Below, piece after piece: positions 25,606 through 33,459 of a stretch of DNA of 45,819 nt. The stretch's first letter is position 1; each line of letters begins with the position of its first letter. The stretch is from the NCBI GenBank assembly GCA_964457935.1, contig CAYWFC010000001.1:1-45819 (forward strand), written 5' to 3'. Made by a program: the position numbers and the translations under genes. The notes below the pieces were generated by a model that was given only the letters and a program-made list of their open reading frames with translations, searched no databases and had not been told where the DNA came from. Source of the DNA: an uncultured Lachnospiraceae bacterium. GTDB lineage: Bacteria; Bacillota; Clostridia; Christensenellales; UBA1242.

Positions 25606-26205
25606 ATGGAAAAATTTACAATAAAGGCAAACAAATATTTAGATAGGGACATTTTGGGTTATTATAACTGCGAATATGTAGGCTATCACAAAAGTGGAAA
25701 CCCAGACTTTATTAACCACTTAAAAAATATGAACAAACAGCATAGCGAATTAGAACTGGTCAAAGATTTTATTGCTGTTTATGAAAAAGCAGTCAAAGAC
25801 ATTACGGAAATTACGCAAGGAAATACAGATTTTATGGTGTGTGTTATTCCAAGGTCAAAAGCAGAAAATCATTACGCTGTGTGCCAATTAATGTTTAGGA
25901 AAGCAATTTCTAGCGCAGTAGACAATCTCGGGTTGGAAAATGGATCAGATATAATCAAAAGAATAAAAGATACAAAAACTACACATAATTGGAGATTGGA
26001 ACACAATACAGGAGAAATGCCTTATCAAAACATTACACTAGACACATGTGAAATTAAAAAAAATGCAATTAATGGCAAGAATATTATTTTAGTAGATGAT
26101 GTTTATACTGCAAATGTTAATGTCGCTGAAGATTGCATTCAAACATTGTTGAATTTGGGCGCAAAAAATGTTATATTATATGTAATAGCAAAAACAAGAG
26201 AGTAA
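25606..26205 (+). CDS. ComF/phosphoribosyltransferase-fold protein (199 aa) with a divergent PRPP loop; candidate ShosT-like component
   Basis: The SD is a strong AAGGAGG. FMVCVIPRSKAEN and GKNIILVDDVYTANVNVAEDCIQTLLNLGAKNVILYVIAKT align by eye with ComFC/type-I PRTases (VPIPLS...; IILIDDLYTTGATL). The gene is AT-rich. Confidence 0.75.
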   Translation: MEKFTIKANKYLDRDILGYYNCEYVGYHKSGNPDFINHLKNMNKQHSELELVKDFIAVYEKAVKDITEITQGNTDFMVCVIPRSKAENHYAVCQLMFRKAISSAVDNLGLENGSDIIKRIKDTKTTHNWRLEHNTGEMPYQNITLDTCEIKKNAINGKNIILVDDVYTANVNVAEDCIQTLLNLGAKNVILYVIAKTRE

Positions 26206-26207
26206 AT

Positions 26208-27047
26208 ATGTCTTCGATATTGGCGTTAAAATTGTATGAAATGAAAAGACATGGCACGATAAAGTCCAATGCTATGTTTTGGCGCGATTTTTTTGATAAA
26301 GAGATGATAAAGGCTCTTGATATTAATTTAGAGTCATTAAAAAAAGAACTCCTAGAAAAAAGTTTGAGTGTAGTTTGTGCTTTTGATGACAATTTTCCGA
26401 ATATAAGCCAAAAGCTCAAACCCAGTGAAAGACCGTTTCTGTTTGTATACAAAGGTGATATAAATTTATTAAACGAAATAGATAATAATATTGCCGTAAT
26501 CGGTGTTTTGACCCCGACTCAAGATATCGTGACGAGAGAACAAAAAATAGTAAAAGAATTAGTAGAAAATAATTTAACTGTAGTTAGCGGACTGGCAAAA
26601 GGTTGCGATACTATTGCCCATAAAGTTTGCATAGACAATGGCGGAAGAACGATTGGCATTCTCCCTACATCTTTTGATAGTATATATCCAAAAGAGAACA
26701 AAAATCTGGTGGATGAAATAGTGAAAAATAATGGGCTAGTGCTAACAGAATATGTCAGTGAAGCAAAAAACAGATTTGATAAAATTAAAAGATTTATTGA
26801 CAGAGATCGACTGCAAGCAATGTTTGCAAAAGCTATAGTACTAGTAGCCAGTTTTGCGCAAGGAAATGGAGATAGCGGGTCTCGCCATGCGTTACAAAAA
26901 GCAAAAGAATATGGCAAAGCAAGATATGTCATGTTTGACAAAAAAACGGACATCAATGCACCAATCTTCGAATTGAATAAACAGCAGATTTTGGACGGGG
27001 CTACTATTTTGACAAATGTGACAATAAAGGAATTGTATCTAAAATGA
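26208..27047 (+). CDS. DprA/Smf-like Rossmann (SLOG) domain protein (279 aa); candidate ShosA-like component
   Basis: The start is set at ATG 26208, 2 nt after the upstream stop; the track's 26133 start overlaps gene A. PFLFVYKGDINLL, IAVIGVLTPT, TVVSGLAKGCDTIAHKVCIDNGGRTIGILPTSFDSIYPKENKNL, LVLTEY, FIDRDRL and GSRHALQKAKEYGKARYV follow the DprA Rossmann-domain motif order. Confidence 0.8.
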   Translation: MSSILALKLYEMKRHGTIKSNAMFWRDFFDKEMIKALDINLESLKKELLEKSLSVVCAFDDNFPNISQKLKPSERPFLFVYKGDINLLNEIDNNIAVIGVLTPTQDIVTREQKIVKELVENNLTVVSGLAKGCDTIAHKVCIDNGGRTIGILPTSFDSIYPKENKNLVDEIVKNNGLVLTEYVSEAKNRFDKIKRFIDRDRLQAMFAKAIVLVASFAQGNGDSGSRHALQKAKEYGKARYVMFDKKTDINAPIFELNKQQILDGATILTNVTIKELYLK

Positions 27048-27574
27048 TATACGTTGTTGATTTGGATGATACACTTGTTAATTCTACATTACTTAACAAT
27101 GATTCTTATAATTTTGCACTTGAACAGTATGGATTCGACAGAATAATAACTAATGAAAGAATTACGCGCCAAAAATTGGATTTTGTGGATAACTGCATCC
27201 TAAAAAAAATAGTACAATTAAAACAATATTACTTTACACAAGAATGGCTACCTTGCAGAGTTGTGTTAAATAATATTCTTATGAAGCGACTACAAGTCAA
27301 TAAAAGAGAAAATTGCTATCTATGGACTAAAGCAGACAAAGATAGAGCGTATAAAATAATTGATTATTGTAAATTAGATATGTTTTTTAATGATATCTTG
27401 TTTGATGATAAATTAAGTTTCTCTACATCAATACCCAAACTAAAAAAATCGACTAATTCAAATCAGATAATAATCTATGAAAACGACAAAAGCTTTTTCT
27501 TTAATGAGAATTGTAAAATAGTAGATCATATCAAAACTAATCTTTTTGACATCAATGCATATCTAATAGAATAA
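27044..27574 (+). CDS. HAD-superfamily phosphatase-like protein (176 aa)
   Basis: An ATGA overlap couples it to the DprA-like gene. The N-terminal MIYVVDLDDTLV is HAD motif I (DxDxT). LWTKA is a candidate motif II. The gene is very AT-rich. Confidence 0.7.
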   Translation: MIYVVDLDDTLVNSTLLNNDSYNFALEQYGFDRIITNERITRQKLDFVDNCILKKIVQLKQYYFTQEWLPCRVVLNNILMKRLQVNKRENCYLWTKADKDRAYKIIDYCKLDMFFNDILFDDKLSFSTSIPKLKKSTNSNQIIIYENDKSFFFNENCKIVDHIKTNLFDINAYLIE

Positions 27575-27661
27575 TATTTCATATTGCACCATGAAAAACT
27601 CGCTATAAAACGGGTGAACCAAAAAATATTTTACTAAAAAATAATGTACAGTCAAATAGTG

Positions 27662-27706
27662 AAACAACCCCCATTTCGCATTGCAAAGTGGGGGTTGTTT
27701 TGTTTA
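27662..27706 (+). terminator. Rho-independent terminator hairpin; right copy of the 45-bp direct repeat
   Basis: AAACAACCCCCAtttcgcattgcaaagTGGGGGTTGTTTTGTTTA differs from the left copy by a single loop substitution (C to T). Confidence 0.8.
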
Positions 27707-27719
27707 CATATTATTAATT

Positions 27720-27870
27720 TATAATATTTATTAGCTTTTTACTCAAGATTTTTTCTTAAGATTTTTGCTTTAATCTTTTATTTTAATTATTTCTTAAGAT
27801 TTTTGCTTTAGTTTTTTAGTTTAGTTCACTTTAGTTTTTTATTCTAGTTTTTTACTATGAAATTGATGAC
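27720..27870. repeat. T-rich degenerate echoes of the leuS 3' end
   Basis: TTCTTAAGATTTTTGCTTTA occurs twice. TTTAGTTTTTTA / TTTAGTTTTTTATT / CTAGTTTTTTACTATG form a series, and the last is the real leuS stop region. Confidence 0.5.
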
Positions 27871-30264
27871 TTTGCGTGGGACGTAGATAATCTTAGTCAC
27901 TGCGTCAAAGTCTATAGGCAGGAGAGCGTTATCCTTGATGTGCGCGACGAGTTCGTCTTGGGTGATATTGATAGGCACAGACACTATCTTTCGCACTTTG
28001 CCGTTGACTTGGGCTACCACCTCTATCTCATCTTTTTGCAGTTTATTTTCGTCATAAACAGGCCACGAAGCGTCCAATATATTGTCTGCGAACACTCTCT
28101 CGTACAGTTCGCTCGTGATGTGTGGTGCGAGTGGATTGAGCACTATCAAAAATCTTCTCAATTCTTCACGCGTGATGAATTTATCTTCTCGGATTTTCTT
28201 CATAAATATCATACACGCAGACACAGCGGTATTGAGTTTCAGATTGTCATAATCTTCGCCCACTTTCTTGATGAGCACGTTGAGTTCGACCTCATGCTCT
28301 GGCGAGATGTCGTCGCCACGTAGCATATCTGGCAATGCCCACACTTTGTCGAGGAAATTCATTATACCCTCTATGCCATTGAATGTCCACTGGCAGTTGT
28401 CCTCATATCCTGCGAGGAACGACAAGTGCATCCTAGCCACATCAGTGCCATAAGTATCTATCACTTCGAGTGGAGACACGCCGTTTTTGGATGATTTGCT
28501 CATCTTCTTGCCTTCGTCGTCCAGTATCAAGCCACTGCCCAGTTTCCTAGTGAATGGGTCGCGAGTAGGCACTGCGCCTATCTCGTACAAGAAATTTTGC
28601 CAGAAGAACGCGTACAATACATGGCGAGTGATGTGCTCTGTGCCACCTATGTAGCAGTCCACGCTACCCCAGTACTTGAGTTTGTCCATATCGGCCAGCG
28701 CTTTGTCATTGTGTGGGTCACAATACCTCAGCCAATACCACGAAGAGCCAGCCCAGTTTGGCATAGTGTCAGTCTCGCGCTTTGCTGGTCCGCCACACTT
28801 AGGGCAGGTGCAATTCACGAAATCATCTATCTTGGACAATGGCGAATCGCCATGGCTATTAGGCAGATAATCGTCTGTATACGGCAGTACCAGTGGCAGG
28901 TCACTCTCAGAGAGTGCCACAGTGCCACAGCGGTCACAAAATACTATAGGGAATGGCTCGCCCCAGTATCTCTGTCTATTGAATGGCCAATCTTGCATCT
29001 TGTAGTTTACTTTGCGCTCGCCGTAGCCTTTGGATACCACCATATCTGCTATCTTCTCTTTGGCTTCGCGCACTGGCATACCGGTAAACTCGCCACTATT
29101 GAGCATACGTGAGTTCTTGTCCAGATACTCCGCCTTCTCAACGGCGCACTCTGACACATCTCCCTCTATGACTTGGATCATAGGGATGTCAAATGCGCGC
29201 GCAAATTCATAATCTCTCTGGTCATGCGTAGGCACAGCCATGACAGCGCCTGTGCCGTAGCCACCTAGCACAAAGTCTGCCAAATACACCTGCACACGAG
29301 TGCCTGTGACTGGATTGATAGCGTACACGCCGTCCAGTCTACAGCCTGTCTTGTCCTTAGTCTTGCTAATGCGGTCCAGTTCGCTCTTTAGAGCGGTCTT
29401 TTGCTGGTAATCACGCACTTGGTCAATATTGCTGATGCGGTCAGATATCTCGTCCACCAAGCCATGCTCTGGTGCCAGCACCACGAATGTCATACCATAC
29501 ACTGTCTCTATGCAAGTGGTATATATCTCTATTTCTGAGAGGTGAGCACCTGCCTCGTCTACCACTTCTAACTTCAGCTGTATGCCTTCGCTACGGCCTA
29601 TCCAGTTTCGCTGGGCTTCTTTGAGGCTATCTGCCATTTGTATCCTGTCCACATTGCCGAGCAGTTTGTCCGAATACTCGCGCATCTTCAGATACCACAC
29701 GTCGCGGTTGACCTGTAACACATCACTGCCACAACGGTCACATTTTCCGCCTTGGCTGTCTTCATTGGATAGCACAGTAGCGCATTTTGGGCAAAAATTC
29801 ACATAGCCCTTGTGCTTGTACGCCTTGTCGTGCTTGAATAACTGCAAGAATATCCACTGCGTCCACTTGTAATACTCCTCATCGCTAGTGCAAAACACTC
29901 TCGAGCGGTCGTAAGTCAAGCCTATCTTCTTTAATTGCTCCATGGCGTTCTTCATGCCGTCCGCCACGAATGTGCGAGGGTTGATACCGTGCTTGATAGC
30001 AGCGTTCTCTGCTGGCAAGCCGAAACTGTCTCCCCCCATAGGGAATAGCACATTGTATCCCTGAAATCTCTTGTACCTAGCGAGTGCGTCTGCTGGCACA
30101 GTGCCTTTCAGATGCCCCATATGCAAACTGCCACTGATATTAAAAAACTCATACAGCACGTAATACTTTGGCTTAGTCGGATGAAAATCCACCGCGAGTA
30201 GTCTATCATCGTGCTCCCACTTGTCCTGCCACTTGGCTTCTATCTGCTTGAAATCGTAATCCAT
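27844..30264 (-). CDS. leuS: Leucine--tRNA ligase
   Basis: The start is set at MDYDFKQIEAKWQDKW, after TAGGAG. HMGHL (the HIGH motif) and KMSKS are present, along with CP1 editing-domain and zinc-finger-like CxxC pairs. Length is 806 aa. Confidence 0.95.
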   Translation of the reverse strand: MDYDFKQIEAKWQDKWEHDDRLLAVDFHPTKPKYYVLYEFFNISGSLHMGHLKGTVPADALARYKRFQGYNVLFPMGGDSFGLPAENAAIKHGINPRTFVADGMKNAMEQLKKIGLTYDRSRVFCTSDEEYYKWTQWIFLQLFKHDKAYKHKGYVNFCPKCATVLSNEDSQGGKCDRCGSDVLQVNRDVWYLKMREYSDKLLGNVDRIQMADSLKEAQRNWIGRSEGIQLKLEVVDEAGAHLSEIEIYTTCIETVYGMTFVVLAPEHGLVDEISDRISNIDQVRDYQQKTALKSELDRISKTKDKTGCRLDGVYAINPVTGTRVQVYLADFVLGGYGTGAVMAVPTHDQRDYEFARAFDIPMIQVIEGDVSECAVEKAEYLDKNSRMLNSGEFTGMPVREAKEKIADMVVSKGYGERKVNYKMQDWPFNRQRYWGEPFPIVFCDRCGTVALSESDLPLVLPYTDDYLPNSHGDSPLSKIDDFVNCTCPKCGGPAKRETDTMPNWAGSSWYWLRYCDPHNDKALADMDKLKYWGSVDCYIGGTEHITRHVLYAFFWQNFLYEIGAVPTRDPFTRKLGSGLILDDEGKKMSKSSKNGVSPLEVIDTYGTDVARMHLSFLAGYEDNCQWTFNGIEGIMNFLDKVWALPDMLRGDDISPEHEVELNVLIKKVGEDYDNLKLNTAVSACMIFMKKIREDKFITREELRRFLIVLNPLAPHITSELYERVFADNILDASWPVYDENKLQKDEIEVVAQVNGKVRKIVSVPINITQDELVAHIKDNALLPIDFDAVTKIIYVPRKVINFIVKN

Positions 30265-30283
30265 ATCTACTCCTATACACGAC

Positions 30284-30312
30284 ATTGTAGCAAAATCTAT
30301 CTGCCAAGTCAA
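30284..30312 (-). promoter_or_regulatory. Promoter of leuS
   Basis: The minus strand reads TTGACT-17 nt-TACAAT, then the SD and ATG 30264. The leader is far too short for a T-box. Confidence 0.65.
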
Positions 30313-30321
30313 TTTATTTGA

Positions 30322-30351
30322 GACAAAAATACATCGGTCAGCCCGATGTAT
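30322..30351 (-). terminator. Rho-independent terminator of the upstream (minus-strand) gene
   Basis: The minus strand reads ATACATCGG-gctga-CCGATGTAT followed by TTTTT. Confidence 0.75.
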
Positions 30352-30360
30352 TGTCATTTT

Positions 30361-32112
30361 TTAGTCTATGAAATATGTGCAATAATAATCTTGGCTATAG
30401 TCATGCTCTGCGAGTGATATATCCGTTCGCTCATATCCTGCCATACTAGAGATGCGCACAGTGCCGTCTGCCTGTGGCGTAAAGCGCACCAATACATATA
30501 TGTCATCAAATTTCACTATTGTCATGATGGAGCCGATGAGTATCACGCCGTTCTCGCACACATGCACGTCGTCGTGTAGGCTAATAGTGTCGGCGCTGTA
30601 TATATTCCTGTATACCGCGTGGTAATCAAAATCGTATTCTACCGTTGCGTTAGGGTTTATTTCGCCCTTATAATACAAATTCTTCGCTATGAAATCATAT
30701 GTCAATTGACTTTTGATATTGTCTGCTATTTGGCTCTGATACATAGTCTCACCATGCTCTAGTCTGTATGCCTCTACTTCGGTGCGGGCGTCTTCTTCTT
30801 GGCGGACAATGTCATCAAATGCGGTGTCGAGTATAGTAGTGTTGTACTCAGTTAGTGTCTTTGATGTCATGTCAAACGTCACGAATTTGCCAGTAGGCTT
30901 GTTGAACCCTAAGAGATACCCGCTTACGAATATATGTCCGTCTTTGACATAAGTGCGACTAGTCATATCTACATTTTGGCGCGTGTCTGATGACAATATA
31001 TATGGCGTGTCTGAATTTAATGTTTGTGACCTTGACAGCGCCTGCACCTTGCCGTCTTTTATCTCAATGTAGCTGGTATATATAGCATTACTTTTCCATG
31101 GTACCAAGCCAAATGGATTGCCGTCGATGCAGAATATGACGTCTTGGTCCACTAGGTCGAAGTCATAATTCTCGTCGTTTATTATGTCCTCGTATTTGTT
31201 TATGTCTTTTTGGTATGCATAAGTGCTATGCATAAAGTCCGACAGTGCGTCTAGGCGCTCTTCGGTAGTGGTGTCGCTACTCATGGTGTTGTACAATGCG
31301 TCTAGTAGTTTGACAGTATTGAGATCATAAGTCTGCATATATGACCCCATCATCCCTTCCACGTAGTCAGTGATGACATCTTCGTATGTGTATGCGTCGC
31401 CTAAACCAAACACAGCGTGCATGCATTCGTGGCGGAATACGTCCTGAAAATATGACACATTGTCACTATCAGCCAAAAGCATGTGGCAAAATGCCATTTT
31501 GTTGATATTATCCTCTTTTCTCACAGTGACACCGCCTGCTCGGCTCCTAAAATCTGCGTCCATTTTGTGCACAATAATGCGGTATGGGTCGAGATATTTC
31601 AGCAGTGGCACACCGCGATGCAGTTCTAGTTTGTATCCAGCGCGCGACTGCAGGAATGCATTCATCTCGTCCACCACTATCTGCATTTGCTCGTATTTCT
31701 CGTCAGAAAAGTCCTTGTCCACATATATAGTCAGTGTGTCTCGGTCGGCTGGGAGCTCTACGCGGGTGTATTTAGTATCTGAGTGCAATATGTCTAATAT
31801 TTTGGCTTCGATAAGGTCTAATTTGTTCCTAATTTTATCTGCATTTGTCGGATTATCTCTATCCCAAGCGCCTTGGTACATGTCGCATTTGTGCCCTAGC
31901 GACACGTAATAGTCGCTAGCGCCGAGAGCCTCTATGCTCTCAGCGATTTGGTCGCTGGTGGGCAGGTCTATAGTGGGCTGATTTACCTCGTGCGCCACGT
32001 AAGTGCCATACAGCATGGTGCCGAATAGTAGCATATATTTTGGCACGTTCATTATTTTCTTTATGGTACTTGGTGACTTGACTATACCATTTTTGTCTAA
32101 TCTTATCTTCAT
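30361..32112 (-). CDS. Membrane-anchored putative zinc metallopeptidase (HExxH; M64-like motif)
   Basis: The ORF is 583 aa with an N-terminal TM segment (YMLLFGTMLYGTYVA). FRHECMHAVFGLGDAY resembles the M64 IgA-peptidase signature HExxHxxxGLxDEY, recalled from memory. There is no SD, and TACCAT sits 6 nt before the ATG. Confidence 0.75.
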   Translation of the reverse strand: MKIRLDKNGIVKSPSTIKKIMNVPKYMLLFGTMLYGTYVAHEVNQPTIDLPTSDQIAESIEALGASDYYVSLGHKCDMYQGAWDRDNPTNADKIRNKLDLIEAKILDILHSDTKYTRVELPADRDTLTIYVDKDFSDEKYEQMQIVVDEMNAFLQSRAGYKLELHRGVPLLKYLDPYRIIVHKMDADFRSRAGGVTVRKEDNINKMAFCHMLLADSDNVSYFQDVFRHECMHAVFGLGDAYTYEDVITDYVEGMMGSYMQTYDLNTVKLLDALYNTMSSDTTTEERLDALSDFMHSTYAYQKDINKYEDIINDENYDFDLVDQDVIFCIDGNPFGLVPWKSNAIYTSYIEIKDGKVQALSRSQTLNSDTPYILSSDTRQNVDMTSRTYVKDGHIFVSGYLLGFNKPTGKFVTFDMTSKTLTEYNTTILDTAFDDIVRQEEDARTEVEAYRLEHGETMYQSQIADNIKSQLTYDFIAKNLYYKGEINPNATVEYDFDYHAVYRNIYSADTISLHDDVHVCENGVILIGSIMTIVKFDDIYVLVRFTPQADGTVRISSMAGYERTDISLAEHDYSQDYYCTYFID

Positions 32113-32118
32113 AGGTCT

Positions 32119-32147
32119 ATGGTACTACATTTGTGGGTATTTGTCAA
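32119..32147 (-). promoter_or_regulatory. Promoter placing the transcription start at or next to the ATG (leaderless candidate)
   Basis: The minus strand reads TTGACA-17 nt-TACCAT-agacct-ATG(32112). Confidence 0.55.
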
Positions 32148-32157
32148 TAGATGTCAT

Positions 32158-32180
32158 CAAAAAACCCGCCGTAGCGGGTA
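32158..32180 (-). terminator. Rho-independent terminator after dnaN
   Basis: The minus strand reads ACCCGC-tacg-GCGGGT followed by TTTTTT. Confidence 0.75.
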
Positions 32181-32184
32181 GGTA

Positions 32185-33285
32185 TTAGTTTAGTCTCACA
32201 GGGGAGATGAGGTACAGATAATCCTCAGTCTCGATAGGCAATATGATGCATGGGTTGACAGCATTGGTGAAGTTTAGTTTGACAAACTCATCGCTAATGG
32301 CGCGCAGGCAGTCAATGAAATACTTAGAATTAAACGCTATCAGCAAGTCATCGCCGGCAGTGACTGCGTTGATATTCTCCATGATGTTGCCGTATTCGGA
32401 GTTTGACGTGATAGTGATATTTTTCTCAGTGATGTCGAATTTCACCAGGTTATTCCTATCTGTGCGCGACAGCACGCTCGCTCTCTCGAGTGCCTCGCCG
32501 AACAACGGACTGGACAGTGTCACTACGGTAGAGAAATTCTTCTGTATGATCTGTTTGTAGTTGATAAAATCGCCCTCTATCAGTCTAGTAGTGACTACGG
32601 TAGAGCCCATCTCGAAGCGGAGATTTTTGTCAGTGACGTACACTCTGATAGTCTCGTCAGAGTCGCCTATCATCCTAGATATCTCGCTCAAAGTCTTGGC
32701 TGGCACGATGACCTTGAAGTCACCTGTAGTGCTAGATATCTTCTCATTGGCGATAGCCATCCTATATCCGTCCAACGCTACGGCGCGGATATTGTCGCCC
32801 TGCACCTCGAGCAAGCACCCTTTGAGTATAGGGCGCGAGTCGTCTGTGGCTACGGCGAAAATCACTCTATTGACGAGAGACTTGAGCGACTGCTCGCTGA
32901 TCTCGAAATATTTGTCCTTCTCTATGAATGTAGGGGCTGGGAATTCGAGCAACTCCATACACTGTATGTAGCCTTCGCTGTCTGTATATGACACTTTGAG
33001 CTGATTTTTCTCATTCAATATGCAAGTCACTTGTTCGTTAGTCAATTTGCGCAAATATTCGCCAAAAAGTTTGCCCGGCACTACTGCCTGACCTTCGCTT
33101 TTTACCTCGGCGCGGATAGTCTTTTGGATACTGATCTCGTAGTCTGTGGCGCACAATATCAGGCTATCACCTACAGTGCGTAACTTGATACCCTCGAGTA
33201 TAGGGGCGGTAGTCTTGGTGCTGGTCGCCTTGATCACTCTGGCGATCGCTTCTGACAAATCTAATCCATTACATCTAAAATTCAT
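32185..33285 (-). CDS. dnaN: DNA polymerase III beta subunit (sliding clamp)
   Basis: The ORF is 366 aa. MNFRCNGLDLSEAIARVIKATSTKTTAPILEGIKL...DGYRMA...P is the typical DnaN three-domain pattern. The SD is TAGGAG. Confidence 0.95.
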   Translation of the reverse strand: MNFRCNGLDLSEAIARVIKATSTKTTAPILEGIKLRTVGDSLILCATDYEISIQKTIRAEVKSEGQAVVPGKLFGEYLRKLTNEQVTCILNEKNQLKVSYTDSEGYIQCMELLEFPAPTFIEKDKYFEISEQSLKSLVNRVIFAVATDDSRPILKGCLLEVQGDNIRAVALDGYRMAIANEKISSTTGDFKVIVPAKTLSEISRMIGDSDETIRVYVTDKNLRFEMGSTVVTTRLIEGDFINYKQIIQKNFSTVVTLSSPLFGEALERASVLSRTDRNNLVKFDITEKNITITSNSEYGNIMENINAVTAGDDLLIAFNSKYFIDCLRAISDEFVKLNFTNAVNPCIILPIETEDYLYLISPVRLN

Positions 33286-33423
33286 AATATACTCCTAATA
33301 TCTTTCGTGATTTTATTATATAAAATAATATTTTTTATGTCAATGGATTAGGAGATTTTCGTCAAAATTTTTGTGCTAGAGAAAATTTTTGACGACAAAT
33401 TGTCCAAAAAGTGTCAGTAAACC

Positions 33424-33452
33424 TTGAAATGTGGATTTTGCTATGGTATAAT
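33424..33452 (+). promoter_or_regulatory. Promoter of queH (leaderless candidate)
   Basis: TTGAAA, a 17-nt spacer, then TGgTATAAT. The ATG at 33460 lies 7 nt after the -10, and there is no SD. Confidence 0.6.
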
Positions 33453-33459
33453 ACGCCGT

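Noticed and set aside
26133-26207. Longer start (26133) for the DprA-like gene given in the ORF track
   Set aside because: It would overlap the last 73 nt of the PRTase-like gene in another frame. ATG 26208, directly after the upstream stop, gives a compact coupled arrangement, and the extra residues carry no DprA similarity.
25320-27661. Integrase, transposase or IS ends that could explain cassette mobility
   Set aside because: None of the three ORFs, nor any shadow frame, shows recombinase or transposase motifs. There are no terminal inverted repeats besides the hairpin itself, so the mobile-element label is not supported.
30265-30360. Expected T-box leader upstream of leuS
   Set aside because: Only ~96 nt separate leuS from the upstream gene. 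That space is fully used by a terminator, a TTGACT/TACAAT promoter and the SD, leaving no room for a ~200-nt T-box and no specifier or T-box motif.
33286-33459. DnaA boxes in the dnaN-queH divergent spacer
   Set aside because: Only two-mismatch candidates are present (TGTGGATTT at 33430 and TTGTCCAAA at ~33399). The spacer is AT-rich and may contribute to origin function. On box content alone, however, it is not callable as a cluster.
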